Shown here: positions 1 to 12,640 of the stretch, piece by piece
Position numbering within the stretch: the first letter of the stretch is position 1
How the letters are laid out: every line of letters starts with the position of its first letter
Assembly (NCBI GenBank): GCA_030390025.1
Contig: CM059432.1
Span: 93,064,001-93,128,000 of the forward strand
Origin: Squalus acanthias
Taxonomy: Eukaryota
DNA: 64,000 nucleotides
Direction: 5' to 3'
Position numbers and translations under genes: made by a program
The notes under the pieces: generated by a model
Database searches by the model: none
What the model was told of the DNA's origin: nothing
The model's input: the letters and a program-made list of their open reading frames with translations, nothing else

Positions 1-234
1 GTGTAAAATCTTCAACACTTACCTGCGCGTTCAAACCTGAAAAAAAAACTAAGTGTGCTGCGTGCGCGCAACCTGTAGTGCGCACGCGGTTCACTTAGGA
101 ACCGCCCCCTTCGCAATACCCGAAGTGCCGGTTTCCCACGCATGCGCAGTGCATGCAGGAAACCGGCACTTCGGGACCTAATACGCGAGAGTACACAGTG
201 CGTAATCTCCCATATTAGGTCTAATTTTTGGGCC
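1..234 (-). mobile_element. Terminal part of a Harbinger-type MITE (same family as 59849-60613), truncated by the window edge
   Basis: The reverse complement matches 59849-60075. It ends in AATTTTTGGGCC and contains a 16-bp-stem palindrome at 121-173. Confidence 0.75.
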
Positions 235-1646
235 AATGTGTATAAACACATTAATGTAACATATATCAGTGTTTTTCAAACTTAATTGTGTGAAGGACCC
301 CTACAAATAAAATCATGCTTCTGCAGACCCTCCAAATATTGACACACTCCTAGAGATCCCCTGCAAATATTTATATATTCTTGTGTCTAAACTTCTGAAA
401 GAACCATGTCAACTACCCAAAGAAAAAGAAACAGTGCTATCTTGCAGAAAACATTTTTAATATATACAGCAACAGAAATAACACACGTCAACAAATACAG
501 AAAGTATATACTACAGATTTTTTGAGACACTATGCTCATAGCAGGCCTTAAATGGTCAAATCTCATGAACTTAAGGACCCCTTAGCTTGGAAACCTGACA
601 TAGGATTAATATATGACAAATGTCTGCATAATCATGCAATCTCATCAAGGTGGCACCAAAGAGTCTTTGTCTGTATTAATCCCACAATTCTGTTTCCTTG
701 AAGTTAATGGTTTCTCTTGAGAGGGTCCACAACCTACTGCACTCGTTGCCCTCATATAATACGTGAATGATTAGAATAATTACAGTGGATCAAGACATGT
801 TGATTTAGCACCTGGAAATTCATTTGTTTCTCTGTGTGAGCATTGTGTTTTTATATATCTATAATTATCTATAATTACTCAGACTTGGCTTCTTCTCTAT
901 ATATGTTCTCAATCTACATATTAAAAAAGGCTTATTTTTTTGCCTTAGCTTGTTGATGTTTCTTGAGCCATGAGGTTACGTCTGAACTTTCAGTTGTTCA
1001 TAATAGCCGCACCCAAGCTCACATGCTCTGGGACATATTGCCAAGCTCTTTGTCTCTGTTGCCTACCTGTGGATTGTTCTGCTGCACCAAAAAAGGTCAG
1101 CATATTTCTCCATTATGCAGTCCACAAAGACTCTATGGTACTGTCTCCAAAATGGGCTTTTCCCAGATTTAATTATGCCACTCCTGTATTTGGGAACAAC
1201 TCCACAGATGTATTAAAAATGTTTTTGTTATTTATACTGGGCAAGTGGCTTTTCAGCTACGAGCATTATTGCAGATGCACGTTTTCTGTTGTTCTCATAA
1301 ACTAAATTGAAATAAAGATTAATAACCAATAAGAATGAACAACAATTTTTTTGTTTGCAAAATTGAGTTGATCTTACCAGGTTTTCACTGTCCTACTGGA
1401 AGAATTGATGCTTGTTAATTCAATTCAAAATAAAGAATGGTCTCTACTGCCACCCACAGTCAATCCTCTGTACTTGAGAGGCCATAAAGAAATGTTTTAA
1501 AGAAATGCTTGGATTTATATAGCACCTTATCACATGTCATAACATTTCAAAATACTTCGCATGAATTACTTTTTCAAGTGTAGCTGTAGATGTTACACAG
1601 GCAAATAAGTGATTAATAGTGAACAAGTAGATGGTATATTAATTTG

Positions 1647-1935
1647 ATAGCAAAATACTGTGGATGCTGGAAAATTGAAACAACAACACAAAACACTGGA
1701 AAAACTCAGCAGGCCAGGCAACATCCGTGGAGAGAGAAACAGAGTTAACGTTTCAGGTTAGACCACCCCTTTTGTTCTTTTATTCCTCCCCCCAGCCTCC
1801 CCCTTGCTTTTTTATGTTTCATTTCCTGCTTTTTTCTCAGTTCTGATGAATGGTTTCGACCTGAAACGTTAACTCTGTTTCTCTCTCCACGGATGTTGCC
1901 TGGCCTGCTGAGTTTTTCCAGCGTTTTCTGTTGGC
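1647..1935 (+). mobile_element. Fold-back Penelope-like pLTR derivative with hammerhead motif
   Basis: Perfect 63-bp inverted arms at 1696-1758 and 1859-1921. 11-bp TSD ATATTAATTTG at 1636-1646 and 1936-1946. Arms match the 3' end of the Penelope fragments at 3080-3210 and 53610-53700. Confidence 0.8.
1839..1874 (+). ncRNA. Minimal type I hammerhead ribozyme motif (Penelope-associated)
   Basis: AGTT-CTGATGA-(weak stem II)-GAAA-CGTT-AACT: conserved core, stem I AGTT/AACT, loopless palindromic stem III ACGT. Confidence 0.65.
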
Positions 1936-2314
1936 ATATTAATTTGCTGCCTGATCATTAGTGATCAAAGGGAATTTTATTATGTGCTGAGAAATCTCAG
2001 ATAGTCATTGCAGTTGTGAGTGTCTGAATTGTCCTGGTGGGGTAATATCACTGCATATTTACCATTGAAAGAGTTTTTTTTTGCCACCATCAGTAATCCA
2101 ATACTAATCCAGGAATTACTCTGCTACTCCATGTACCTTTAAATAACCTGTGCTGGAGTCATCATTAAGGACATTTGATATTTAATAAAATTTGAAGTAG
2201 AGGCAAATCCTGTTGTCCAATCAATAAACTTCCCAAAGTGTCTTATCCCAGTGGACAAATTTAACACTGCCCACCAGGTAGAAGACACCAGGTAGGCGGG
2301 AAGTTAAAATTGTC

Positions 2315-3215
2315 CACCAAACACATCTTCCCCTCCCCTCCTCTTTCAGCATTCTAAAGGGACCGCGCTCCCTCTGCGACACCCTCAATCACCCCCAACA
2401 CCCCTTCCTCTTCCCACGGCACCTTCCCGTGCAAGCGCAGGAGATGCAACACCTGCCCTTTTACCTCCTCCCTTCCCACTGTCCAGGGCCCCAAACACTC
2501 CTTCCAGACGAAACAGCGATTTACTTGTACTTCTTGCAATTTAGTGTACTGTAGTCGCTGCTCACGATGCGGTCTCCTCAACATTGGGGAGACCAAATGC
2601 AGATTGGGTGACCGCTTTGCGGAACACCTCCGTTCCGGCCACAAGTGTGACCCCGAGCTTTAGGTCGCCTGTCACTTTAATTCTCCGCTCCATTCCCACT
2701 CTGAGCTCTCTGTCCTCGGCCTCTTACACTGTTCCAATGAAACTCAACGTAAGCTCGAGGAACAGCACCTCATCTTTCGATTAGGCACTTTACAGCTTTC
2801 TGGACTCAACATCGAATTCAACAATTTCAGACCATAACCTCTGCCCTTATTTTTTCAGATGGCAGCTGTTGATTCTGCTATTCCCATTTACACCTCTTCT
2901 AGACTCATCTTTTGTTTCTTTAGTTGTCCCATTACCATCTCCTTTTGCTTTGTACAATCATACCTACTGCCATTTAATCACTCCTGCCTTCCATCCTATC
3001 ACAGACCTTCCCTTTTGTTCTTTCCTCCCCTTTCCCTGCCCCGGCACTTGCTTTCTGTTATATCTCTAACTTTTTCCAGTTCTGACGAAAGGTCATCGAC
3101 CTGAAACATTAACTCTTGTTTCTCTCTCCGCAGATGCTGCCTGATCTGCTGAGTATTTCCAGCATCTTCTGTTTTTATTTCAGATTTCCAGCATCCGCAG
3201 TATTTTGGTTTTGTT
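2315..3215 (+). mobile_element. Penelope-like element, 3' fragment (GIY-YIG endonuclease C-terminus plus pLTR)
   Basis: Translates to CTSCNLVYCSRCSRCGLLNIGETKCRLGDRFAEHLRS ... RKLEEQHLIFRLGTLQLSGLNIEF. Hammerhead-type motif at 3078-3114. Confidence 0.8.
3078..3114 (+). ncRNA. Minimal hammerhead motif with stem III mutated
   Basis: AGTT-CTGACGA-A-AGGTC-ATC-GACCT-GAAA-CATT-AACT; ACGT is changed to ACAT. Confidence 0.6.
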
Positions 3216-4799
3216 TGAGTTAAAATTGCCTGTATGACTAACCTGCTGAGGTCCCACACCTACATGCTACTATTTAAGCCTGCTCCTCTGAGCAGGTGAG
3301 AAGGACACCCCCTGGAAAATGGTGGGGTCCATCTTTAAATATGGAGATCCAGCTCCGATGAGGCCATTTTTTAACTGTGCTCATGAGTAGTGAAGCGGAT
3401 GCGGCTTTCCCATTAGGTCCACCTAGCAGAAAGAGGAGTCGGGGCCAGAAGTCTCTTTACTTTTTTTTTTACTTTCCATGTGGGGCCAGGAGGAGCAGGA
3501 AGGCGATGAGCAGGAATGCTCCTTTGTGCACAAGGAGAGTTTATGCAACAGGCTCGAGGGGCTGAATGGCCTACTGCTATTCCTATGTTTAGGACTCCCC
3601 TGTCCCGGGCTTCCCCTTCCCTGATCAACTTACCTGAGTGTTGGGAGACCATTCCTTTGGTTCCTGGCGACGGCCTTCTGCTGCCTGGCATTGAGCTCCT
3701 GCCCACCGGAAGCTGACTCGGGGCATGCAGATAAAGCCCAGGAGTTAAAATTTCCTGGGGCTCACCCTGCCGAGGTCAGGACGGCTTACTGCCCGCCTCA
3801 GCCCCTGTCCGCCCAATTCTTGGCCGGAGTTAAAATCGGGGCTGTATTTCATGAACAACGTAGAGATAGGAGGAGGCTGTTCAGGGACAGAATCATTTCT
3901 AATGATGATCTGCAAGATCATGGCTTTCATTGACCGTTCAATTTTGGCTGTGGGAGCATAAGACGGAAGGTAGTGGATCAGCCATCCTTTATACACCTCG
4001 CTCGATTTTCCTTTCCATCAACGGCAAGCGATCACAGCCCAAAATTGGCCCCAACGCTAATTTTCCATCCAAAAAACTGACAGGACGAGCAACAATTACT
4101 CCCCTTTAGTCTATGATACTATGCCACCAAGCTACAATCCCCCCCAAATCTTATTCTGTTTAATTCCTAGATTGCTCAAGTAAAAGTTTTGTTAGCTCTG
4201 AACATTTCAAACTGAAATTACAGGCAACTGACTACCTGGGAGTTAGCGCAATCAATTATTTATTGCTTAAAAGCATTTAGTAATTCAAAGACCAACAATA
4301 AAAGAAAATGCAATACAATATCATCAACAAATATGGACTGTTTGGAAAAAAAATTGTAAATGTGACTGAGTAGTAGGGTTACTGATTTCTTACTAAACAT
4401 TGGCCCGGATTTTGCGATAAGAATAACTGTGAGGCTATCAGCGTTCATTGTTATTAAAGAGTAAATCGGACAGCAACTTCAGGCGTTCGCACCTGCGCAG
4501 TTAAAAGCGGAATTCAGGAAGTTGCTGTCCGAGTTGCCCTGCTCCTCCACATGCTTCGCTACACTGGTACCTTGCCGAGAAACTCGGCATTCACATACAT
4601 GCAACGGCGTGAAGTTGGGTTACTTACCCACTAAATATGCCAGAAAAAGTTAGGGTTTGTCCATTCAGGTGTAAGTGAATTTTTAACAGTGTGATAAGCC
4701 TTAATTACTGCCAAACAACCTCTCAAACACTGAAAATTTACTTTTACAAGTGTGGAGTCTCATTCCTTAATATTTTAATTGTTGGAGATTTTAAAAAAC

Positions 4800-6175
4800 T
4801 GGTGTATGCAGGCATTTACACTCCACACGAGCCTGCTCCCACCCTTCTTCATCTAACCCTATCAGCATATTCCTTTCTCCCTCAGTGCTTATCTAGCTTC
4901 CCCTTAAATGCATCTATGCTATTCACCTCAACAACTCCCTGTGGTAGTAAGTTCCACATTCTTACCACTCTTTGGGTAAAGACGTTTCTCCTGAATTCCC
5001 CATTGGATTTATTGGTGACTATCTTATACTTACGTCGACCCTATCAAACCCCTTCATAATTTTAAAGATCTCTATTAAGTCACCCCTCAGTCTTCTCTTT
5101 TCTAGAGAAAAGAGCCCCAGCCTGTTCACCCTTTCCTGATAAGTATATCCTCTCAAGTTCTGATATCATCCGTGTGAATCTTTCTTGCACCCCCTTCAGT
5201 GCCTTTATATCCTTTTTATAACATGGAGACCAGAACTGTGCACAGTAAAGTGTGGTCCAAAGAAGGTTTGATACAAGTTTAACATAACTTCTCTGCTTTT
5301 CAATTCTATCCCTCTAGAAATGAACCCGAGTGCTTTGTTTGCTATTTTATGGTCTTATTAACCTGCGTTACTATTTTGTGATTTGTGTATCTGTACCTCT
5401 AGATACCTTTGCTCCTCTACCCCAGTTAGACTCTTGGGGGGAAAAATTGGGTTGCTTTGCGCCTCCCGTTAGCTTCCCCGGGGGCACAAAGCCCCTAGCG
5501 CCTGGGCGCTGCTAACGCCTCCCACAAAATTCAGCGGGAGGTTAGCGGCAGCAGTAGCCGGTAGCGCCCCGTGGTGCTGCTCCACCGGTGATGACATCAT
5601 CGCCGTGCGCAGTGCCCCACTTGCGCCCTGGCCGCAAACTTGGGTTGCGCCCCTGACCTATCGCCAGACGATATGTCCGACAGGGTCAGGGTGGCGCTTT
5701 TGCAGCCGCAGCGGCACTAAAAGGGCTTTTTCATCAGGGTGCCAGCCGTGATCGCTCAGCCCGGCACTCCTCGAGTGGCGCTGTTGCACGTAGTGGCGCG
5801 AAATTCACTGGTAGCGCCCCAAGGAGGGGAGCGCTTCCAGTAGCACCCTTCCTTCTGCTTGGGGCGCTACTACTGAATTTACGGCGCAGGGGCGCTAACT
5901 TTTTCAGGGCGCTAAAATTAGCAACATTAGCGCCCCAAAGGGGGCGCCACCAAATTTTTCCCCCTTATTATCCAAGCAGTATGTGGCCTCCTTATTCCTC
6001 CGACCAAAATGTAAACACCTCACACTTATCGAAATTGAAGATAGTTTGCTAATTACATGCCCATTCTGCAAGTTTATTAATGTCTTATATTTTGTCGTAG
6101 TCTTCCTCTGTATTAGCTAAACCCAATTTGGTGTCGCCCGCAAACTTTGAAATTGTACTTCTGATTCCTGAGTGG
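4800..6175 (-). mobile_element. CR1 (HER1-like) LINE 3' fragment, degenerate, interrupted by a MITE
   Basis: Minus strand matches the RT C-terminus (SKFAGDTKLG-like) and 3' region of the CR1 at 38458-40366. Confidence 0.75.
5437..5964. mobile_element. Harbinger-type MITE (GGGGGAAAAATT family)
   Basis: TIRs GGGGGAAAAATT / AATTTTTCCCCC, imperfect TTG/TTA duplication, many subterminal AGCGCC/GGCGCT motifs. Confidence 0.8.
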
Positions 6176-6182
6176 GGTCCTT

Positions 6183-6900
6183 GGCCTGGATTTTAATCGG
6201 GAGGCGGGTTGGGAGCAGCGGGGCTCGGAAGCAGTCGGGAAACCCGGGAGAACGGGTTTTCTGCAGGCTCTGCTGAATTTAACGGCAGGGCCTGATTTGC
6301 ATTGGAAACCTCTGTTTCCCCCCCCACAGCCACAGATTGAGGCTGGCTGGCTGCAGGCGGGTAGGCCTGGGCACTAGGCCGCAGAGAGGAGGGAGGGAGG
6401 GTTCATGTGGGGGCCAGGGGGGTGGATCCGGAAGGAGGAGGGGGGGGGGAGTGAGCATCGGGAGGCCGGGAGTGGCTGATCGGGGGGCCAGGTCTTAATC
6501 GGGGGACCGGGAGTGGCAGATTGGGGGGCTGGCACTTTTCTTCCATGTCCCCATTCAAGCTGGCACTCCCCTCTCCCCCCCCCCCCGCACCCAGTCAATA
6601 TTGGCACTGTGCTTCCTCCCCCAACCCAATGTACTACTTCCAGCTTCTTCCCTCTTTCTCCCCAACGCATTCCTCTCAGCTTCTTCCCTTTCTCCCCAAA
6701 GCACCACTCCCAGCTTCTGCTGCCTTCCCTCTTCACTTCACTGTTATCCAATTCTCTCCCCTTCATTTCCCTCATCCCTCTCTCCTTCATTGCCATCCAC
6801 TCCACTCTTTACACTCAGCGCCACTCCTATCAGCACATAACTTAATTTCCCCCCCCCCACATTGGCCCCTTCACAAGGGAAAAGATTAAACCTCCAGGCC
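6183..6900. mobile_element. Probable Harbinger-type MITE with GC-rich, low-complexity interior
   Basis: Imperfect TIR GGCCTGGATTTTAATC ... GATTAAACCTCCAGGCC. Confidence 0.5.
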
Positions 6901-9061
6901 GGCTGAATTTTCCGAGGCTTTTACCTGGCAACAGTTAAGCTGCAAACAGGTGAGAAAGGTGTTGGTAAAAAGCCTAAGCTACAACACGCTAGTAACACGA
7001 CAATGTGGTTTGATACAATTTATAATACTGCAACGTATGCATGTAAACAAAAGTTTAGACAGAGTTTCACATGCGCCCCTTTAAGACTACCCAGTGCAAT
7101 TTCAGTCAGTATATAGTAGAGAAAGAAAATAAAAATGACTGACTAATACATTAAATATCTGTATAAAAAGATCCACGTGAAACAATAACTGCATATGAAG
7201 ATTTTTATTACATAGTACATATTTACAATCACGCAATGGTCATACTTGTGATTAACCAGTGCATTCAATTGTTTTTTTCTCCCTGACACTGGATTAGTTA
7301 GGCTCTTCAAAGATAAAGACTTGTATATCTTTTAAAACTGCCTAACATGTGCAAGGGAACATTAGTAATTAGGCCTGGAGTATACAAATTTAGACATTGG
7401 CAACTGCAAAAAATCTATTAAACAAACTCCAGAAATCACAGTGACCAAATTAGCTAATTAACCTTATTAGGCAGAAATTACCCAATTAGGAGGCCTAAAT
7501 ATTGAAGTCTGTCACAAAGAATACCTGACTTGCCAGTTTTCCAGCTCCAGTCAACTTTCAGTTATCTTGGGTTGTTCTCTCATGGACTGTATGAAGAGAT
7601 GTATGTGTCGCTAGCCTGATTAACTCTTCCAGGAATGAAAAATGCACAATCCTTTCAATCCCCCCAAAAACACTGGCCTGGACACAATTGCAGAACCAGG
7701 CCAGATTTGCCCTAAATTCCCACTGGAATGTACAGTTAGACTGACACAGACACTGACAGCACAGCGGTTTAATTGTCTCCACAGTACATGGAAACTGACA
7801 ATGGTAAAACAAAGCATCACATCAAACAGTTAAAGTCTGTAATATGTACAGTCTGTTAATAACTAGTACAGAAATTTTCCCCTATCATTTAACAGTCAAC
7901 ATGAATATCACTTAGAACGTTGCGAGTTTCTAACTTTATAGTCAGTGAAAAACAGGAGTTGCTATCTTCAGTCTCGGAATGCTAATGTTAAGGTGAAACC
8001 TTTATCAATGGTCTTTTTTAGTAGGTGCTTTTTTTCTAATACTTTCAATACTTTATTATACTGTGTATAGGTAATAAAATTGACAGGTAATATTTCAACT
8101 GCACACTCATTCTTCCAGTGGTGGGTTTCTCGGACAGAATTAAAACAGCTAAGATGGCGGACTTGTTTTGGCCATAACTGAGGTGGGTACCAGAGATGAG
8201 TGCCTGATAGTCAAAAAATGCCTCAAAAGGTCTGCACTTCAAAAAGACTGTTCATTTAGCTCCTACTTCCTATCTCCTTTCAGTTTAGTTACTTTCAGGA
8301 TAAAAGGAAGTGGGAAACGGTGATTAATGGGAGCCCAAGAAAGAAACAAACAATAAATACAGAAGAATCCTACTGAACACCCACATGTTCCTGCCACAAA
8401 GGATTTTGGGAACCCACCATGTTTTTATTTTCCAGTAAACCTTGATGGTACAACATAATCAAGACAGATGGTTGCTTTTAAGGCCACCTACCACTAGATT
8501 GGAGCCATGAAGACTTTTTTTTTACAATCCAAAGAATTTGGAAACTAGGATGAACCACTTCATTAATATTGAGGATAACCAATGAGTAACAACCGAATAC
8601 TCATTTTATTCAAAAAGTGTGCCAAAGCAGGAGAAAAATGATTCTATCCTCACCTGGATAGTGCTCAAGAGTAAGAGCTGTGGCCAATTTTCTTTTGCTC
8701 AGGTATACTGAAACCATTACACCTTCATCACTACCCTGGCTCGGTTAGTATAGGCCAGTGATTGAACTTGGAATCTTCCTGGTCTGTATGGCTCAGCGCA
8801 ACATTTAGCCACGTAGCCACCCAGGCCTTTTATTATGGTACCCTTGACTAGTCTTATTGACATGGATTGATATCCTCTGATTTTCCCACCCACCTTCTGG
8901 CGAGGCCACCTTTCCCTGTGGCTACTTTCTCAAATTGTCCAGGAAATTCAGGGAGAAGATCCCACATGCTGCCACTTCCTTAGAGCTGATGCAAATATCA
9001 CTTCTGTTATTTCACCAAAACTTGGGACAGTTAACCCCTTGGATTAGCCCTTATATATAAA

Positions 9062-9262
9062 ATCAAAACAGAAAATGCTGGAAATACTCAGCAGGTCAGG
9101 CAGCATCTGTGGAGAGAGAAACAGAGCTAACGTTTAAGGTCGATGACCTTCCTAAAACGTTAACTCTGTTTCTCTCTCCACAGATGCTGCCTGACCTGCT
9201 GAGTATTTCCAGCATTTTCTGTTTTTATTTCAGATTTCCAGCATCCGCAGTATTTTGCTTTT
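9062..9262 (+). mobile_element. Fold-back Penelope-like pLTR derivative
   Basis: Inverted arms of about 70 bp. 14-bp TSD CCCTTATATATAAA (9048-9061) / CCCTTATACATAAA (9263-9276). Confidence 0.8.
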
Positions 9263-11526
9263 CCCTTATACATAAACTTAGTTTGCTTGCTAAAAGCTGT
9301 TTGGTATGATAGTATGAAGGTGAACAGAGAGTTGTACTAACCATAGATGGAGAGATGAAGAGATTTGTAGATGCAAAATGAAAAAGAAAATAGTTATGGA
9401 TGCAGAAATATTTAGTGTACTGTGCATGAATTTATATCAATGTTATTCCAATAGTATCAGCTACCAACTAAAGAAAGGCCAATGTCTGAAATATGCTGCA
9501 GTTAGTATGTATTGTTCCTACAGGGATTCTAACTTTAGAATATTTGTTGAGGGAGTTACCTGCTCTTGTGAGTGTGCGATTGAGACACCTTTAGAAAGGT
9601 TTGAGAAGTTAATATCTATCACTATTTTTAATATGCTCAGTGATTTTGTTTTATTGAGAAAGGTAAATTACCACATTATTGTCTGGTTTATAATTTTTTT
9701 TTAAAAAAGCAACTATCCTGAACCTGTGAAATACCTGCTCAGAATGTGCTGCCAAATAAATTAAAGCTACAGATTTCCTTTATTGAGAGAAAGAGAATGT
9801 AGCCACAGGCCTCAGGTTAACCACACCACTGATTGTTTAAGAGTGACACAGTGCTTTTTATAACACTGCTCTTTATATAACACTGCTCTACCATTCTTTT
9901 CCCAAAAGAGATAACATTGCAGTTAGAAAGGATTGTTTAAAACCTGATAAAGTTTGCACCTTAAGCAGATACCGTGGTTACAGATATGTTTGGCAATCAG
10001 GCAGATTTGTACAGAGGAATGTTTTACTCATCATTTGTATAATCAGACTGCAGTGTCACAGACAAAATTACAAGATGCATAGCTTACAGTTTTTTTTACA
10101 TTCAGTCAACCATTTTAAAAGGAGATTTTTGCACATGCTACAACTGCACATTCCTGTTACAACTTTGGTCTTTCCATTGGCCATAAAGGACGCTTCAATT
10201 GGCGAAGGGTTCAAAAACTAAGGAACATAATTTTAAAAAAAAGATGTAAATAAGGAACTCAGGCTGAACTATTTCACAAAGGATAATCAACATATGGAAT
10301 AAGTCACCAAGGAAGTCCACTAAAGCAAATGGTCTAAATGGGCAAGAGAGGAATTGCATGAGAAGGCAAGAGGGTGGAATTGAGGTTAACCAAAATGCCT
10401 TGTTGGGCCAAAGGGCCTTTTTCTGTTCCTAACATTTTTTGCAGTTTTATGTGAGGACATTATTAAAAATTTCAATTTGTTCATGGATCTATTCACTGCA
10501 AAATACAGTGTGCAGTTGTGGTGTGTTCAAACCTCCTAAAATAAGAGACAATGATACTGCGCCTGTTCTCCTGAGATAAGTCTTACTATTCCAAACATAA
10601 GAACATTGGTTATGGCTTGAAAAAGTTTCTGTCCAACGTTCTCTGCCATTTAACAAACCTGTGAAAACAGCAATCCTGAGGTTTTTTTTCATTCTCTTTT
10701 CTGGCAAGTAATGTTGGTCTACATATTGACAAAGACAATGTCCTTTGGTAGAAAACAAAACCCATTAACTTGGAAAACACTTGTAGAAAAGTTTATGAAC
10801 AGCATTTGACATAGTTCACTTTATTCGCCATGTGCTGCCTGTGGCGACTGCAGTTTGTGTCTATCAGCACCAGGGAATCACCTGATGATATTTGTAGATA
10901 TTTATTTCTTCAGAGAACATGCATTGTAGTCACTTCTCAGCCAGACTATTAGAAGTCTTGTCTAACAGATACAAAATAATTCCGCAGTGAGTCAAGTTGG
11001 CAAATCTCCACCCCCAGATACATATTGAAATTCATTTACTGTTTTTCAGAATAAAAACATCCTTTCATAGTGTATTGGCAAGAAGGATAGAATTTGAATA
11101 TCTAATACAATTTGGGTTTAATTCAGTTACTTTGGAGTGATTTTAAAATACAGCTAAATCCAAACACTAATCCCTGTCATATAATATATAGAAAACTTTC
11201 AGTAAACTTTAGCATTCCATTTCAAACTTTTAAAATTATATTTAATTTAAGTTGGACATAGTAGTTTTTAGAGTCACTGTTATTGTAATGCAAGGACATT
11301 GTGTAAAATTGTACTGATGTAAGTTTTTCTATATATCCCAAAGGGAAGAATGATTAGCAGAAAATTCTTCTGCAGGAAGAGGTCAGTGGCATTGAGAGTA
11401 AACTCTGTGCTTGGCAAGATAGCAATGCTATAACAGAGTCTACCTAGTGGCATAGCAGTAGAAGATATCTAGTAATGTACTCAGAGAAGCAATAATGGTG
11501 TAACATAGAAAAAGGAGCAAGGTGTT

Positions 11527-11884
11527 TGAAATCCCTCCCTGGCCTCACCCCTCCCTATTGCTGTAATCTCCTCCAGCCCCACAACCCTCCAAGATATCTG
11601 CCTAATTCTGGCCTTTTGAGCATCCCTGATTTCAATCGCTCCACCACTGGTGGCCGTGCCTTCAGCTGCCAAGGCCCTAAGCTCTGGAATTCCCTCCCTA
11701 TACCTCTCTGCCCCTTTACCTTTCTTTGCTCCTTAAAACCTACGACTTTGACCAAGCTTTTGGTCATCTGCCCTAATATCTCCTTATGTGGTGCAGTGTC
11801 AAATTTTGTTTTATAATGCTCCTGTGAAGCGCCTTGGGACATTTTACTACGTTAAAGGCACTATATAAATACAAGTTGTTGTTG
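11527..11884 (+). mobile_element. L2-like LINE 3' end
   Basis: GGRAFSCQGPKLWNSLP motif, then a 3' UTR ending ...CTATATAAATACAAG(TTG)n. Matches 42045-42749 in reverse. Confidence 0.8.
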
Positions 11885-11939
11885 CGGGTAGGAAGGGCAT
11901 AGAACAGGACTAGGAAAGTGTTAGGACATGACTAGCGAG

Positions 11940-12640
11940 GATGTAGTATGGACTATGATGATGATATCAATCAACTGCAACAGGACATAGAAAGGCTAGC
12001 AGAATGGGCAGACAAGTGGCAGATGGAATTTAATACAGAGAAGTGTGAGGTGATGCATTTTGGCAGAAGGAACAGGGAGAGGCAATATACACTTAATGGC
12101 ACAGTTTTAAAGAGTGTGCAGGGACAGAGGGACCTGGGAGTTAATGTGCATAGTTCCCTGAAGGTGGCAGGACATATTGAGAGAGTGGTTAACAAAGCAT
12201 ATGGGATCTTGGGCTTCATAAATAGAGGTATTGAGTACAATAGTAGAAAAGTTATGCTGAACCTTTATAAAGCGCTGGTTAGGCCACAACTAGAGTATTG
12301 CATCCAGTTCTGGTCACCACACTTTAGGAAGAATGTGAAAGGCCTTATGAGGATGCAGAGATTTACCAGAATGGTTCTGGGGATGGGGGATCTTAGCTGC
12401 AAGGACAGGTTGGAGAAGCTGGATTTGTTTTCATTAGAGCAAAGGAGGTTGAGGGGTGATTTGATAGAGGTGTACAAGATTATGACGGGTTTGGATAGGC
12501 TAGACGGGGAAAGGCTGTTCCCACTAGTTGATGGTACAAGGACTAGGGGACACAGATTTAAGGTTTTGGGCAAGAGATACAGGGGGGATGTGAGGAAAAA
12601 CCTTTTTACACAGTGAGTGGTGATGACCTGGAATTCGCTG
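11940..12640 (+). mobile_element. CR1 (HER1-like) LINE RT C-terminal fragment
   Basis: ORF 11948-12616 contains WADKWQMEFNTEKCEVMHFG, LYKALVRPQLEYC and [13 protein letters not shown]. Confidence 0.9.
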
